Source: Alphaproteobacteria bacterium
GTDB lineage: Bacteria > Pseudomonadota > Alphaproteobacteria > UBA828
DNA: 64,000 bases
Reading direction: 5' to 3'
Assembly (NCBI GenBank): GCA_965214705.1
Contig: OZ243972.1
Span: 3,968,001 to 4,032,000 of the forward strand
The notes under the pieces are model-generated. The model saw only the letters and a program-made list of their open reading frames with translations, did not search any database and was not told the origin of the DNA. Made by a program: the position numbers and the translations under genes. Each line of letters starts with the position of its first letter. The first letter of the stretch is position 1. Positions 31,755-43,203 of the stretch are shown here, in pieces.

Positions 31755-32342
31755 ATGAAGCTTTATTCCAGTCCGGCCACGCCCTTCGGCCGCAAGGCGG
31801 CGATCGTCGCGCGCGAGCACGGCATCGCGCTCGACATCGTGAATGTGAACCCCTTCGAGTCGGAGGAGTTGGAGCGGCTCAATCCGATCAAGCTCATCCC
31901 GGTGCTGGTGATGGACGACGGCACCGTGCTCTACGACAGCCACGCGATTTGTGCCTATTTCGACGGGATCGGGGAAGGACCATCGCTCTATCCCGACGAC
32001 GACCGCTGGGGGTGGCAGCGCCGTATGACGCTCGGTACGGCGCTCACGGAGTCGAGCGTCCTGTGGCTCTTCCAGAAGCGCCAGCCGGCGGACCAGCAGA
32101 GCGACAACCTCAAGACCCATTACGTGAAGCGGGTGCGGCGCATCACTGCGGCGCTCGAGGCCGAGGTGGGTACGCTGGCCGCTGCGCCGTTCCGCATCGA
32201 TCACATCGCGGTCATTTGCGGCATCGGCCACTTGGAGTTCCGCCACGACGACTCGTGGCGGGCGGACTGCCCCGCACTCACGGCGTGGTACGAGGGCGTT
32301 CAGAGCCGGCCCAGCGTCGCCGCGACGCAGCCCACCGACTGA
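31755..32342 (+). CDS. Glutathione S-transferase family protein
   Basis: SPATPFGRK, NPIKLIPVL, YDSHAICAY. Confidence 0.9.
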   Translation: MKLYSSPATPFGRKAAIVAREHGIALDIVNVNPFESEELERLNPIKLIPVLVMDDGTVLYDSHAICAYFDGIGEGPSLYPDDDRWGWQRRMTLGTALTESSVLWLFQKRQPADQQSDNLKTHYVKRVRRITAALEAEVGTLAAAPFRIDHIAVICGIGHLEFRHDDSWRADCPALTAWYEGVQSRPSVAATQPTD

Positions 32343-32363
32343 CCCTGGCGGAAGGAAAGACCC

Positions 32364-33086
32364 ATGATCGACCTGCACTACTGGCCGACGCCCAACGGCA
32401 AGAAGGTGACCATCCTGCTGGAGGAATGCGGGATGCCCTATCGCCTCGTTCCCTGCCACATCGGGAAGGGCGATCAGTTCGAGGATTCGTTCCTCAGCAT
32501 TAGCCCCAACAATCGCATGCCTGCGCTGGTGGACGACGACCCGCCCGGCGGGGGTGCGCCGGTCAGCGTCTTCGAATCGGGCGCGATGATGATGTACATC
32601 GCCGAGAAGGCCGGCCGCTTCTACCCGCAGGACCTGCACGGCCGCTACGAGGTCAACCAGTGGATCATGTGGCAGATGGCGAATCAGGGCCCGAAGTTTG
32701 GCGAGTTTGGCCACTTTCGCCGGCTGGGGGATGACGAGGGCGACCAGACCTACGCCATCACCCGCTTCGGCAACGAGGTGAACCGGCTCTACGGCGTCAT
32801 GAACAACCGTCTCTACGACCGGGCTTATCTCGCGGGCGAGGACTACACGATCGCCGACATGATCTCATATCCCTGGGCCGTCTACTGGGAATCGCAGGGG
32901 CAGGACATAAACGAATTCAAATACTTCAAGCGCTGGTTTGAGGAGCTATCTGAACGCGAGGCGGTGCAGCGCGGCATGGCGGCCGGCGAAGATTTGCCCG
33001 AGGACCCAGACACCCTCTCCGACGAAGAGAAGGCGCGGCGGCGCGCGCTGCTCTACAACCAGCGGGCGCGCCCCGCGCCGGGTTAA
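32364..33086 (+). CDS. Glutathione S-transferase, YfcG/YghU-like (Nu class)
   Basis: WPTPNGKK, SPNNRMPA, FESGA, YTIADM. Confidence 0.9.
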   Translation: MIDLHYWPTPNGKKVTILLEECGMPYRLVPCHIGKGDQFEDSFLSISPNNRMPALVDDDPPGGGAPVSVFESGAMMMYIAEKAGRFYPQDLHGRYEVNQWIMWQMANQGPKFGEFGHFRRLGDDEGDQTYAITRFGNEVNRLYGVMNNRLYDRAYLAGEDYTIADMISYPWAVYWESQGQDINEFKYFKRWFEELSEREAVQRGMAAGEDLPEDPDTLSDEEKARRRALLYNQRARPAPG

Positions 33087-33495
33087 CTGTTCGTCCACTA
33101 CTCAACCCGGTCCCCGACTTAATCAGTTCCCTCAAGCGCCGGGCGCTCACTCCGTTCGCTTGGCTACGCGACTCGCGGTGCTACTCTTGAGTTTGGTTCG
33201 CGGTATGTGTTTATCAAGCAAAATCATTGAATTACAGATTGCTCTCTCTTCACATGTAGCATTGCACACTACACTGCAAACACCAAGTCAACACACACCG
33301 AGCCCTGCGGGGGTGAGCGTTCCGTCGCCGGTGGATTCCGTTCGGCCAAGCCGTGAGGAAGCGTTCGCTTGCCGGGTGATGGCGGCGCGGGAAGACCGAC
33401 ACTTCGGCGGCAAGCCTTGCCAAGCCGGTGCTGCATTTCACTCCATCCCCTGGCAGCAAAACGGATACAACGGTCAATCACTCCCCGGACTCAGA

Positions 33496-35039
33496 CTTTC
33501 AATTACCCACATCGTCTACCCACATCGTCGATTTGCAGGGTGGCGCCGAGGGCGATGTCGTTCAATCGACCGAGGCCGCGCCACATGACGATGTTGCCCG
33601 GCGGCGGGTCCTTGGTGCGCGCGAGATAGCCGCCAAGCCTGGCGATCTTGGTGAGATAGAGCGAGAGCGTTCTGGCGGGGGATGGATCGCCGGTGGGATC
33701 GGGGACCAAGCGATCGAGGATTTGCGTTTCCAACTGAGTCAGCACCAAGTCTGCTTCGAGATCCGGCTTGCTTCGGTTGAGCATCGTCAGCCAGAACACC
33801 CGCCAGCTCAGGATACAGAACACTGCGAGCAGCCGGACCAGCCGCTCGGCGGTTCGCAGTCGTGCCTGCTCCGCCCGGCAGCCCGATTTCAGAATCTTGT
33901 GGAAGACCTCGATCTTCCAGCGCATGGCGTACCAGTGAAGTTTCTCCACGGCGTCGGCGTGGCTTTCGACCGGCAGGTCGGTGATCAGCTTCCAGTCGAT
34001 ACCCGGGCGTCCGACCGGTTCCTCCGGCTCTCGGGCGTGCAACACCGTGAGCGTGAGCGCCGGATAACGCTTCCGTTTGGCGATGGGCGGCAGGATGGTC
34101 ATGCGGCGGTAGGAGAGTTCGACCTGCGTGGAGCCGAGCTTGCCCTTGTCGTCACGGACGGCGACCGAGTGCAGGCCGCGGACCTTCTCCTCGGCCATGA
34201 TCGATTCCACCGTGAGGGACCCGTCGCCGGCGAACCGGTCGGAACAGCGCCTGATCAGGAAGTGAGTGTCCAGCTCCTCGGCCAGACAAAACAACTCCCA
34301 GATGTCGCCTTCGCGATCGCAAATGTGAACGCAGCGCGCGGGATCGCCCAGCAGTTCGGTGGATTCGCGCAGATTATCGAGCCAGCGCATGCTCTCCTTG
34401 CCCTCGATCGGCACGCGCGTTGGATTGATCTTCCTCTTGAGGGCATTAGTCCCCTTGAACTTCTTCCGGGACCAGAACTTGGCCGCGGCCATTCCCAGCG
34501 GCAACCCATCCGTGGTTGTTGCCAGGCTCGAATGCATCAACAGCCCGCAGACCGTGTGCATCCGCGGGCGACCGCGCTTGTCCTTTCGGCTGCTCACCTT
34601 CGTGGTGAAGCCCACGGCTTCGGGCCGACTGCGCTTCCAGGTAAACTCCGTCGTGTCATGAAGAACCAGGATCGGGCCGTCGGTGGCCGCGAACCGGTGC
34701 CGCGTCGCGTCGAAATGGCCCCGGAGGATGTCTTCCTCGCTCACCCGCTCGTTGGAGAAAAAGCGGTAGGCTGCCTTCGTGCTGGCCCAGTCCTGACAGG
34801 CCAGAGGTATCGTTTCTCCGAGCCTGGAATCCATGCGCTCGACCAGTTGACGAAGCCGACGGTCCAGCCGGCCGTCGCCGAGACGGCATCCCGAAAGCTC
34901 TTCGTCGAACCACCGTTCCTCCATGATCCGCACCTCTTCGTTCCCGATTCGGTGCGGATACGGGATCATGATCTAACCCAAAAGCGCAACAAGTTGCGGT
35001 AACACCATGACAAACCCTCAAGATGTGGGTAATTGAAAG
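33496..35039 (-). mobile_element. IS4-family (IS50/Tn5-like) insertion sequence, transposase 34924-33503
   Basis: Perfect 18-bp IRs CTTTCAATTACCCACATC; 9-bp TSD GGACTCAGA; HDTTE, CDREGD, YAMRWKIEVFHKILK. Confidence 0.95.
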
Positions 35040-35362
35040 GGACTCAGAACGCTTACCTGCGCGGCCGGGTATGAAAAGAGTCGTTGGCGAGCCTCCGCTC
35101 CAGCCGCCTCCGGTCATAGAATGCTGGTCGGATTCCACCGGTTGGACGCTCGCTTCCAGTCGTGCCTCAACGGGCGCAGTCAGATGTCCTCTTTCGGCTC
35201 CGCGCGCTTCACTTTCGTGTCGTATGCGCTCGCGTCCCCAGGTGGTCCCGACTTGGGGCCAGCCCGAGACGTTATGGACGGCGCCGGTGCAGCGCTGGGC
35301 GCGTTGGCGTCGAGCGACACAGGGTCGGTCGACATTCTCGTCGGCAATCGCGCTGAGGGATG

Positions 35363-35787
35363 TCATCGATCGCCGCGGCTCGAAAGGAGGATGCCTTCGG
35401 CAGCGGGCAAGCCCAGCTGCGTTGCGGCCGCCACCATCGACTTGTCCAGGCTGTAGATCGCATCGGCCCGGCGGTTGTCCGCAATGGCGAGGTGCAATGC
35501 GTCCCCCGCCCTCAGACCGGTCTCGAACCGGTTGACCCAATCCCTGGCCCGATCGAAATCGTTGCGGTCCGGCAACAGGACGACAAAGGACTCCTCGATC
35601 ATATATTCGAACCGTGAACCCGCCTCGTGCGCGGCTGCGGGGTCAAGTTCACCCATGCGGACCTCGCGGGCAAGCAGCGAGGCGAACTCGACCCGGGTCC
35701 AGTGGCTGACCGCCAGTTCGTCGGCCGGCAGGTCTTCGAAGAATCCGGCTATCGGTTCGCTGGTGGCCTCGGGGAGGATGAGGGGCG
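35363..35787 (-). pseudogene. PIN-domain VapC toxin lacking its N-terminal DTS motif
   Basis: PLILPEATSE...WTRVEFASLL...LRAGDALHLAIA; no start codon or antitoxin upstream. Confidence 0.75.
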
Positions 35788-35859
35788 ACGGGGAGACGCT
35801 TTGGCCGGATGTGGGCGAGGGCCCTTACATGAACCCGTGCGAGGTGGCTTCCGTGCTGA

Positions 35860-37740
35860 ATGCAGCTCCACCACCTCAGCTGGATCGCCTGCCAGAACCG
35901 CCTGCACCGCCGCCCGCAGCTCCGGGTTCCGCTGGCGCAGGATGTCGTCCATCGCCGCCGTCGTCATCCCCGCCCGCTGCAGCAGCCGGAACGGCTGGCC
36001 CGCTTCCACCGCACGGAGCTGGCTGCTGTCGCCCACCAGCACCACGCGGGACGCGTCGAGCTCGTCCGCCGCCCGCAGCAGAGAGCGCATCTTGTCGGTC
36101 GACACCATCGAGGCCTCGTCCAGCACCAGCACCGCGCCGCCGAAGGTCTCCCTCAACGCCTCCAGCGCCTGTCCGTTGCCACCCGCCGCCCGGCGGCGCG
36201 CCAGGAACCACTGAAGCGTGCGGGCATGAATGCCGGTCTCGCGACCCAGCACCGCGGCCGCGGCAGCCGAGGGCGCGAGTCCGAACACCGGCTTCTCCCC
36301 GGCAAGCGCCCGCACCTGGCGCAGCATGGTCGTCTTGCCGGTCCCGGCCCGGCCCTGCACACCGACGATCCGGTCGTGCGCCAGCAGGATCGTGCGAACT
36401 GCCTCCTCCTGTCCCTCGGTAAGCCCGGCGCCGTCGAGACGGGCGGCCACGTCCCTCTCCCGGGCCAGCGCCGCGCCGGCACCGATCCCGGCCTTCATCA
36501 TGGCGATCGTGGACCGCTCTGCCTTCAGCGCCCGGTCGGTGACGAAGGCCCGGTCGGCGCGCCGCAGCTCGGCTCCGACTAGGTGGCCGTCGCGGACCAG
36601 CCAGGCGACCGCGTCCCGGATTTCACCGAGCGAATGCCGGCCCGGCGAATGGCCGAGAGCAAGCGCCTCGAGATCGTGTTCGGAGAAGACCGATTGCCGT
36701 TCCTCGAGCTGCCGCATGCAGCGGCGCACGATCGCCAGCGCCGACGGGCCCTCCGGCAGCATGATCGCCCGCTCGGAGCGCGCTTCTGCGAGCGCCGTGT
36801 CGAGGCTCAATTCCTGTGCGCGGGCCCGCCATAGCTCCTGCAACTGCGCCCGCACCGGCTCCGCCTTCCGCTTGCGCGTCGCCAGCGTCGCCGTCTGCAT
36901 CGCCGCCGTGCCGCGGTCCCAGCCCTTCTCGTCTACATAGGCCAGTATCTCGTGCCTGCGCGTCGAGAAGGCTCTCCGCAGCTCCCCGCCGTAGCCCGAA
37001 AGCTCAAAGCTCGGCAGCCGGCCCACCATCGCCGGCACGATCGAATAGCCCTTCTCCATCAGCTGCCGCGCCAGCCGGTCGCGATAGTAAGCCCCGATCA
37101 GCCGAGCATTGCGGTGCAGCAGCGTCGGCTCCACGCTCTTCCACCGCCCCTCCCCGTCCCTGGTCATGTTGGCGATCACAGCGTGAGTGTGGAGCTGCGG
37201 ATCGAGGTTGCGGCTTGCGATGTGGCGGAACAGCGCCGCCACCATGCAGGGCGCCTTCACCCGCGGCCGTCTGCCGGTGGCGGGGTCCCAGCCCCGGGTC
37301 TCCAGCAGCGAACCCTCGATCCAGTCGAGCGTCTCGCGCACCGCTGCATTGTGCGCGCGAATGACCATCCGGTCCCCGTGCGGGTGCTCCTCCGTCGGCA
37401 GAAGCGCCGCCAGCGACACTGACTTGGGCGCCGAGAACGTGATGTCGAAGCCCGGACGGTGCTCGTGCTGCCCGTCACGCAGCCGCCCGAGCCGCTGCTT
37501 CGTCCCGATCACGTGGCTCTGTAGAAGCTTCTCGAAGGCGCCCGCCGCGACCGGCTTGCCGGGATGCAATCCCAGGGCAACCGCGCCGCTGCCGTGCCAG
37601 GTGCTCGCGTTCCGGTGCTCTGCCCGCTTGGCCCGAAGGTCCGCCGCGTCCTCGCCCTTCCTCAAATAGTAGCCGCCGTCCTGGCGGAAATACTCCGACG
37701 TGGCGGACGAAGAGGTCAGGTTGCGGACCGTCGCGACCAT
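35860..37740 (-). pseudogene. MOBF (TrwC/TraI-like) relaxase-helicase, C-terminally truncated
   Basis: N-terminal YF..DGGYY, DITFSAPKSVS, HUH motif PQLHTH, Walker A GRAGTGKT, LDEASM; homology ends near 35870. Confidence 0.9.
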
Positions 37741-38324
37741 GACAGGCGATCATAGCGGGCCGGTGGAGAGGTAGCGGTCAAAATACAACCCGAGTTGGGG
37801 CTTGCGCCAAACCATGGGTAAGGATGTCCAGGTCATCGGCTATTTGCGGACCAACATGTTCCAGACCAGGGCCCCGGCCACGCGGCCTTTGCGATCGCAG
37901 ATGTCGTAGATCTCTGGCGCCGCATTCGGACCCGAGGATGGTCTTGCACTACGCCTGTGTCACGGACCCAAGGGTGAAAGCCGCCACGGGGCGGATCGGG
38001 AAGTCATTGAGGCCGTTTCAGCCGACCGCCTCTCGCACATCGTAGCCGTGGAAGCTTTTCAGTCCCAATTGACACCACACCGCACCATGCAACACGCACT
38101 TCCGGCTGGCAGGCTGTGCATTTGCCGGATCGGGATATACGTCACGGCGATAGGATCGTCCGTTCATTCCTTGTTCCGCGCTTCGAGAGTTCGGCTCCGG
38201 CGGGCATGGACCGGCACGCAACCGGCATTCTCGCCTCCGCTCCCGGCCCTCGAGTCGGGGAGGGCGTGTCCTTCGCCGCGCCGGACACATACCCGGCCAT
38301 TGTCTGATGGACCTGGAACTGCGC

Positions 38325-38545
38325 CGGACTCGGACTCGTCAACAGTCAGATCGCGGAGGTCGCGGCGGTGCGGGACCGCAAGTTAGCGTTCCGCCTTGAG
38401 GGCGGGCGCATGCTGAGCCTGAACGCGGACGATCCGCAGCTGCTACAGGGCGACCGTGCCCCGGCCTCGACAGTGGATGTGTTCCGGAGGCGAACGGTCG
38501 ACACCGCGACCGCAGCAGAGGAGGCGAACCATCCGAACCTCGCTG
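38325..38545 (+). pseudogene. Degraded remnant of a MOBF relaxase C-terminal helicase region, opposite orientation
   Basis: GLGLVNSQIAEV...FRLEGGRMLSLNADDPQL...ASTVDVFRRRTVD resembles the TrwC C-terminus (recalled similarity). Confidence 0.55.
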
Positions 38546-38596
38546 CACAGGAGACGCTCCACGCCGACATGAGCCCGGCTCCAAATCGGGCCGCCA

Positions 38597-38848
38597 TTAC
38601 CGCCGGGCGCCGGCGCCTCGCAGCCGCCATCGATGCAGGGCGACGACCGACCAGATGGACTCGGCCACCAGGAAAGGATAGGAGCCGATCAGCAGCGCGT
38701 AGAAGGCCGACAGGGCGCAGCCCGCGGCGAAGACGGCCACGAAACCGCGGTGCACTCGCTCGCAAGCGTAGCTGATCACCATGACGGCAATGGCGAACGC
38801 ACCCAGGAGCTCTACCGCGAAAGCGGAGATCGGCTTGCTCCGTGCCAT
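38597..38848 (-). CDS. Small membrane protein
   Basis: Three hydrophobic segments; abuts the upstream gene. Confidence 0.7.
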   Translation of the reverse strand: MARSKPISAFAVELLGAFAIAVMVISYACERVHRGFVAVFAAGCALSAFYALLIGSYPFLVAESIWSVVALHRWRLRGAGARR

Positions 38849-39472
38849 CTACCCTGCAGCCCGGACCCTTTCCGGCAGTTGGTGCCACAGTTCCAACGCC
38901 GCCCGGTGTTCCGGGGCGGCAACGGTGTCCCACCGGATCTCGGAGCCGTGCCTGTAGACGTTGAAGCGGAAGAACCCGCAACAGCCACGCTCCTCGTCGG
39001 CGAGCGCCCGGAGTTCTTCCAGACGCTGCGCCGAGTTCGCGAAGCGCCAGCGCACACCTTCGGCTGCGCGCTCACTTGCAATGAAGCCGTTCGTGAAAAC
39101 CGCCTCGAACGCCGCGATGCGCGGGACGACCTCATCCCGCTTCAGGCTGCAATCGCCGGGTACCGGCGCGAGCGTCGACCGTTCGGAGACCGTGTCCGCT
39201 TCGCCCGGACAGCCGCAGCCGGACGCGAGTGCATCGACAGGATCGGAGGCCGATCCGGCATATCGCCGCCAGAGCACCGTCCCACCGGCGATCGATCCCA
39301 GCACGATGAGCGTGACACCCGTCAGCTCCAGACTCGAGGTGAGCCATCCCACCGCGCCCGCGCTCAGACCGACGACCGCAAGTAAGGGAAGCGCCGCGCA
39401 CAAGAGGCACGCAACGACACCCAGTCCGATGGCCGTGCCGCCGATCCAAGCTCCGCCTTTTCCGAACTTCAT
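38849..39472 (-). CDS. Cys-rich metal-binding membrane protein (MerT/MerF-like N-terminus plus a CSL...ERGCCGFF domain)
   Basis: ACLLCAALP in a TM segment, CGC linker, CC motif; under a MerR-type promoter. Confidence 0.75.
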   Translation of the reverse strand: MKFGKGGAWIGGTAIGLGVVACLLCAALPLLAVVGLSAGAVGWLTSSLELTGVTLIVLGSIAGGTVLWRRYAGSASDPVDALASGCGCPGEADTVSERSTLAPVPGDCSLKRDEVVPRIAAFEAVFTNGFIASERAAEGVRWRFANSAQRLEELRALADEERGCCGFFRFNVYRHGSEIRWDTVAAPEHRAALELWHQLPERVRAAG

Positions 39473-39506
39473 TGGCCCGCTCCCGGAATTGACATCATGG
39501 CGCGAC

Positions 39507-39538
39507 AGTCTAGACTCTGGACTTAGGTCCAGAGTCAA
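39507..39538 (-). promoter_or_regulatory. MerR-type promoter/operator
   Basis: TTGACT-20 nt-TAGACT on the minus strand with perfect dyad GACTCTGGAC-N4-GTCCAGAGTC (39513-39536). Confidence 0.85.
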
Positions 39539-39555
39539 CGCGGGATTCCCCAGCG

Positions 39556-39951
39556 ATGCCGAACGCAACAATGAAGATCGGTGAGGTCGCTCGTCGAGCC
39601 GGGGTCAGTGTGGACACCGTTCGCTTCTACGAACGGCGCGGTATCTTGCCCCCGGCACCGCGCCGCGCCTCCGGCTATCGCATGTATTCCGAGGCGACGA
39701 CCCAACGCATCGGCTTCGCCCGCACTCTGCAATCGCTCGGTCTCAGCCTGGACGAGATCGTCGAGATGCTGGCGGCCGTCGACGCGGGCACCGCCACTTG
39801 CGAGAACCAGCAGTTTCGCATCGAGTCGGTGGTCCAGCGCATCGACGCGAAATTGCGCGAACTGCGCGCCACGCGGCGCAAGGCCGTACAGGTCCTGCAG
39901 GCATGCCGGGTCGGCACCTGTGCGCTTCGCGAGGATATTGCGCCGGGCTGA
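39556..39951 (+). CDS. MerR-family metal-responsive regulator
   Basis: MKIGEVARRAGVSVDTVRFYERRG, SGYRMY; Cys in ATCE and C-terminal CRVGTC. Confidence 0.92.
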   Translation: MPNATMKIGEVARRAGVSVDTVRFYERRGILPPAPRRASGYRMYSEATTQRIGFARTLQSLGLSLDEIVEMLAAVDAGTATCENQQFRIESVVQRIDAKLRELRATRRKAVQVLQACRVGTCALREDIAPG

Positions 39952-40410
39952 CGCACCCGCGAAAGAGTTGCGAGCTCGCGGTACTCACGCGGCCGACCCA
40001 CGATGTCGCGCTTGTCATTGCGAGCGAACGATGACTGGGCTCGCACGCAGATGTCCGAATCGGCGAAGACGTAGTCCCATAGCGCCTCGACGGCCCGGAG
40101 ATGGCCGCGCTCGTGCTGGTGATGGTCGCGGCTGAACCGCGCCCGATGGAGCATGCCGCCCAGCGCAAGGGTGGACGCCTGCCGATCGAAGACAAGAATG
40201 CCGCGCTTGGCGAAACACTCCCCAGCCGCCGGTATCTGTCCGGCTGATCCCTCGACTCCGACCTCCGGGACGGCGGCAAGCGGTACCGCTCCTTCGTTCG
40301 TCCGATCGTGACGCACAGCGGGGGTCGAAGCATCGACGAAGTCCGATGATCGGCGGCGGCAGGCGGTTCCACCGCAGTGTACCCCCGGCTCGGCGGCGAA
40401 GGCGGGACGG

Positions 40411-40791
40411 TCAGACGAACCGGACCAGCAGTCTGGTGGATGCGACGGCGACGACCAGAATCGACAGTGCCGCACCGCCGGTTCGCAAGAGCGGCCGGGG
40501 CGCCGGAGAGGACAGTGCGATCGCGTGCATGATCCGCCCGGTCAGCAGGGCGATGTTGAGCCCGTGCACGAAGGCCGGGTCGGCGCCCGATTCCTCGACG
40601 AGGAGGATCAGGATCAGCGACAGGGGGACGTACTCCGCGAAGTTGCCATGGGCACGGATGCGGCGGCTCAGGGTTGCGTCGCCACCATCGCCCAGACCTG
40701 TTCTCGCCGCGCGGCGGGCGCGCACGACGTTGAGCGACAGCACGCAGTACAGAATGCCGAGCAGAGCGGCGTAGATCGGTGTGATGGACAT
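40411..40791 (-). CDS. MAPEG family (YecN-like) membrane protein
   Basis: RIRAHGNFAEYVP, GRIMHA. Confidence 0.9.
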   Translation of the reverse strand: MSITPIYAALLGILYCVLSLNVVRARRAARTGLGDGGDATLSRRIRAHGNFAEYVPLSLILILLVEESGADPAFVHGLNIALLTGRIMHAIALSSPAPRPLLRTGGAALSILVVAVASTRLLVRFV

Positions 40792-40819
40792 GCCGGCGGC
40801 TTGCCGCGGGCGCGGTCGA

Positions 40820-41800
40820 CTAGCTCCCGTCCGAACCCACGATCAACCGTGCAACCTCCTCCGGTGCGTCCAGCTGGACATAGTGGCAGGCATCACCGAT
40901 GAGATGGAGCTCGGAGTTGGGAAAGATCGCGTTGAGCTCGCGCGCGACGCCGGCGTTCAAGTTCTGATCCTCGGCTCCGAAGACAATCGTCACGGGCCTT
41001 GAGAACGCTCGCATGTCGGCAACGCGCGCCCTGCGCTGTTCGACTTCCGCGACCAATACGCGATTGAAGCCGAAGAACGCGCGCCGATCCTCGCGCGCGT
41101 GGGTCGCGAACACCTTGAGATAGCGCTCCCGCACCGCGTCGTCGCAGAAGAACTGTCCCACCTGGCGCATGTAGCTCGGCTGCCAGACGGCGTCGAACGT
41201 GCTCGCCAGCGCAACCGATATCTCCCGGCGCAGCCCCGGGGTCGAGAAGCGTTGAACCGCCGCCGGCGGAACCACCGCCTCGGACGGCGAGTAGATCGTG
41301 TTCAGCAACACCACGCGGGCAATCCGCTCAGGATGGTCGAGCGCCCAGTCAATGACCGGAAAGCCGGAGATGTCGTGGGCGACGAGCGCCACTTCGGGAT
41401 CTCCGAGGTGGGCGATCACCGCGTCCAGATCGGCGAGCAGACTGGCTCCGTCGTAGGTGTGTCCGGGCGGTTTGTCGGAGCGACCCCAACCGAGGAAGTC
41501 GAACGTCACCACGTCGCGCGATTGCGCGAGCAGCGGTGCGAGACGATCATAGAGGCGCGAGGTGTCGGGGAGCCCGTGAAGCAAGACGATCGTTGCTTCG
41601 CCGGAGGGCGCTCGCGCCGGGTAGAGTCGGGCATGAACCCGGTGCTCGCCACGGGGGACCGCGACGACTTCGTAGCGGTGTTTGGCCGTGTACCCGGTCT
41701 CGTAGGCGGCGGTCTCCGCGCGGTAGTCGTGGTAGGCGCAGCCGGCGAGGGTGGCAGCGCCGATCAGCGCGGCCAGGGTGGCGAAGCGTGATATGGCCAT
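40820..41800 (-). CDS. Alpha/beta hydrolase lipoprotein (Asp nucleophile; epoxide hydrolase/dehalogenase-like)
   Basis: Lipobox LAGC, LLHGLP, DFLGWGRSDKP, AHDISG, ACHY. Confidence 0.85.
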   Translation of the reverse strand: MAISRFATLAALIGAATLAGCAYHDYRAETAAYETGYTAKHRYEVVAVPRGEHRVHARLYPARAPSGEATIVLLHGLPDTSRLYDRLAPLLAQSRDVVTFDFLGWGRSDKPPGHTYDGASLLADLDAVIAHLGDPEVALVAHDISGFPVIDWALDHPERIARVVLLNTIYSPSEAVVPPAAVQRFSTPGLRREISVALASTFDAVWQPSYMRQVGQFFCDDAVRERYLKVFATHAREDRRAFFGFNRVLVAEVEQRRARVADMRAFSRPVTIVFGAEDQNLNAGVARELNAIFPNSELHLIGDACHYVQLDAPEEVARLIVGSDGS

Positions 41801-41895
41801 GTCGTTCTTCCTCAACACAGATCACTATCATAAGAATATTCACTACGATAATTATAGTCAATGACGATTTCGTACCCACCGGCTATGATCGGAAT

Positions 41896-42219
41896 ATGGC
41901 ACTTCGCACCGCCGGGAACTGCCCTGTCGCGTCGACACTCTCAGTCGTTGGCGAGAAATGGTCGCTCCACATCGTCAGGGATCTTCTGTTGGACGGACCC
42001 CGCCGTTTCCAGGATTTTCTGGACTCGTTCGAGGTCACGCCGAACACACTCTCAGCGCGGCTGAAGTCGCTTGAGCATCATGGCGTCATCGATCGCGAGG
42101 TCTACTCGGAGCATCCGCCACGTGCGCGCTATGTGTTGACGAGAAAAGGCTACGCGCTCGGTCCGGTTATCGGAGCAATGCGCGACTGGGGGCGAAGTCA
42201 TACCGACGTGACGGGGTAA
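41896..42219 (+). CDS. HxlR-family winged-helix regulator
   Basis: CPVASTLSVVGEKWS, LSARLKSLE, YVLTRKG. Confidence 0.9.
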   Translation: MALRTAGNCPVASTLSVVGEKWSLHIVRDLLLDGPRRFQDFLDSFEVTPNTLSARLKSLEHHGVIDREVYSEHPPRARYVLTRKGYALGPVIGAMRDWGRSHTDVTG

Positions 42220-42288
42220 GTGCTACCCGGAAACGGCTCGGCGCGCGACGCGCACCGCGTCGTTGCGAACCAGCCGGGTGGTGCTTTG

Positions 42289-43203
42289 CTACGGAGCAGG
42301 CCCCCTCGACCGTGCAGTGACACGCATCGCTTTTCGGGGCAACCGGCCGTCGATGAACAGCAGGCCCACGCCAATGGTTGCAGCACCCGCGAGCTCGTGC
42401 AGGAAGATCGGCTCGGCGAGGATGAGGTTCCCGAGCGGCAGCGCGGTCACGGGGATCAGCAACGTCACCAGCATCACGTTGCTGGCGCCCGCGCGTGAGA
42501 GGATCTCGAAGAACACGACATAGGCGATGGCGGTCCCGAAGAGCGCAAGACCGCCGAGCGCCAGCCACGTCTCCGTACTCGGTGCCGGCAGGGTCCAGGG
42601 CCGGTCGACGATCGCCACCACCGCGATCATGACGAGGGTGGACGATAGAAGCTGGCAGGTCGCCGACCTGAGCGGTGGGACATTCTGCAGGTGCCGGCGA
42701 CCCCAGAGAGCCGCGAATCCATAGCTGAGCGCACCAGACAGACAGAGGCCGATGCCGAGCAGCCGCGCGTCGGTCACGGCGGCGTCCGGCCGGCTGATGA
42801 GGACCACGCCGACGACTCCCAGTAGCACGCCGACCACCCTGTGCGCGGTCAATCGCTCCTCCCGGAACGACGCCATCACCAGGGCGGTGAAGAGCGGCGT
42901 CATGGCGTTCATGATTGCGGTCAGGCCGACCCCGACTATGGTCTGCCCGGCGTTGAGAAAGCTGAAGGGCAGCACGTTGTTGAGCAGCCCCATGACGAGA
43001 AACGGCGTCCACGCGGCGAACCCGCGTGGCAGCGAATGTCCCAGAATCAGGGAGAGGGCCAGGAGAAGCGCTGCGGCGATCCCGACACGCGCCAGGACGA
43101 CGGTGAGAGGCGGCAGCTCGACCACAGCGACGCCGATGAAGAAGAAGGCCCCGCCCCATAGTACGGAGAGCAGCACCATCAGGCCCCACTCCGTGGTGTT
43201 CAT
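42289..43203 (-). CDS. EamA/DMT family transporter
   Basis: WGGAFFF, NNVLPF, NAMTPLFT; about 10 TM segments. Confidence 0.9.
   Translation of the reverse strand: MNTTEWGLMVLLSVLWGGAFFFIGVAVVELPPLTVVLARVGIAAALLLALSLILGHSLPRGFAAWTPFLVMGLLNNVLPFSFLNAGQTIVGVGLTAIMNAMTPLFTALVMASFREERLTAHRVVGVLLGVVGVVLISRPDAAVTDARLLGIGLCLSGALSYGFAALWGRRHLQNVPPLRSATCQLLSSTLVMIAVVAIVDRPWTLPAPSTETWLALGGLALFGTAIAYVVFFEILSRAGASNVMLVTLLIPVTALPLGNLILAEPIFLHELAGAATIGVGLLFIDGRLPRKAMRVTARSRGPAP

Noticed and set aside
33090-33490. attC-like or IS-end-like words in an AT-richer intergenic region
   Set aside because: No complete R/L box pairing, no integron integrase and no partner IR found
37745-37830. Possible oriT upstream of the relaxase
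   Set aside because: No recognisable nic site or convincing inverted repeat
39960-40400. Possible gene remnant with HHQHE motif
   Set aside because: No start, RBS or family I can support
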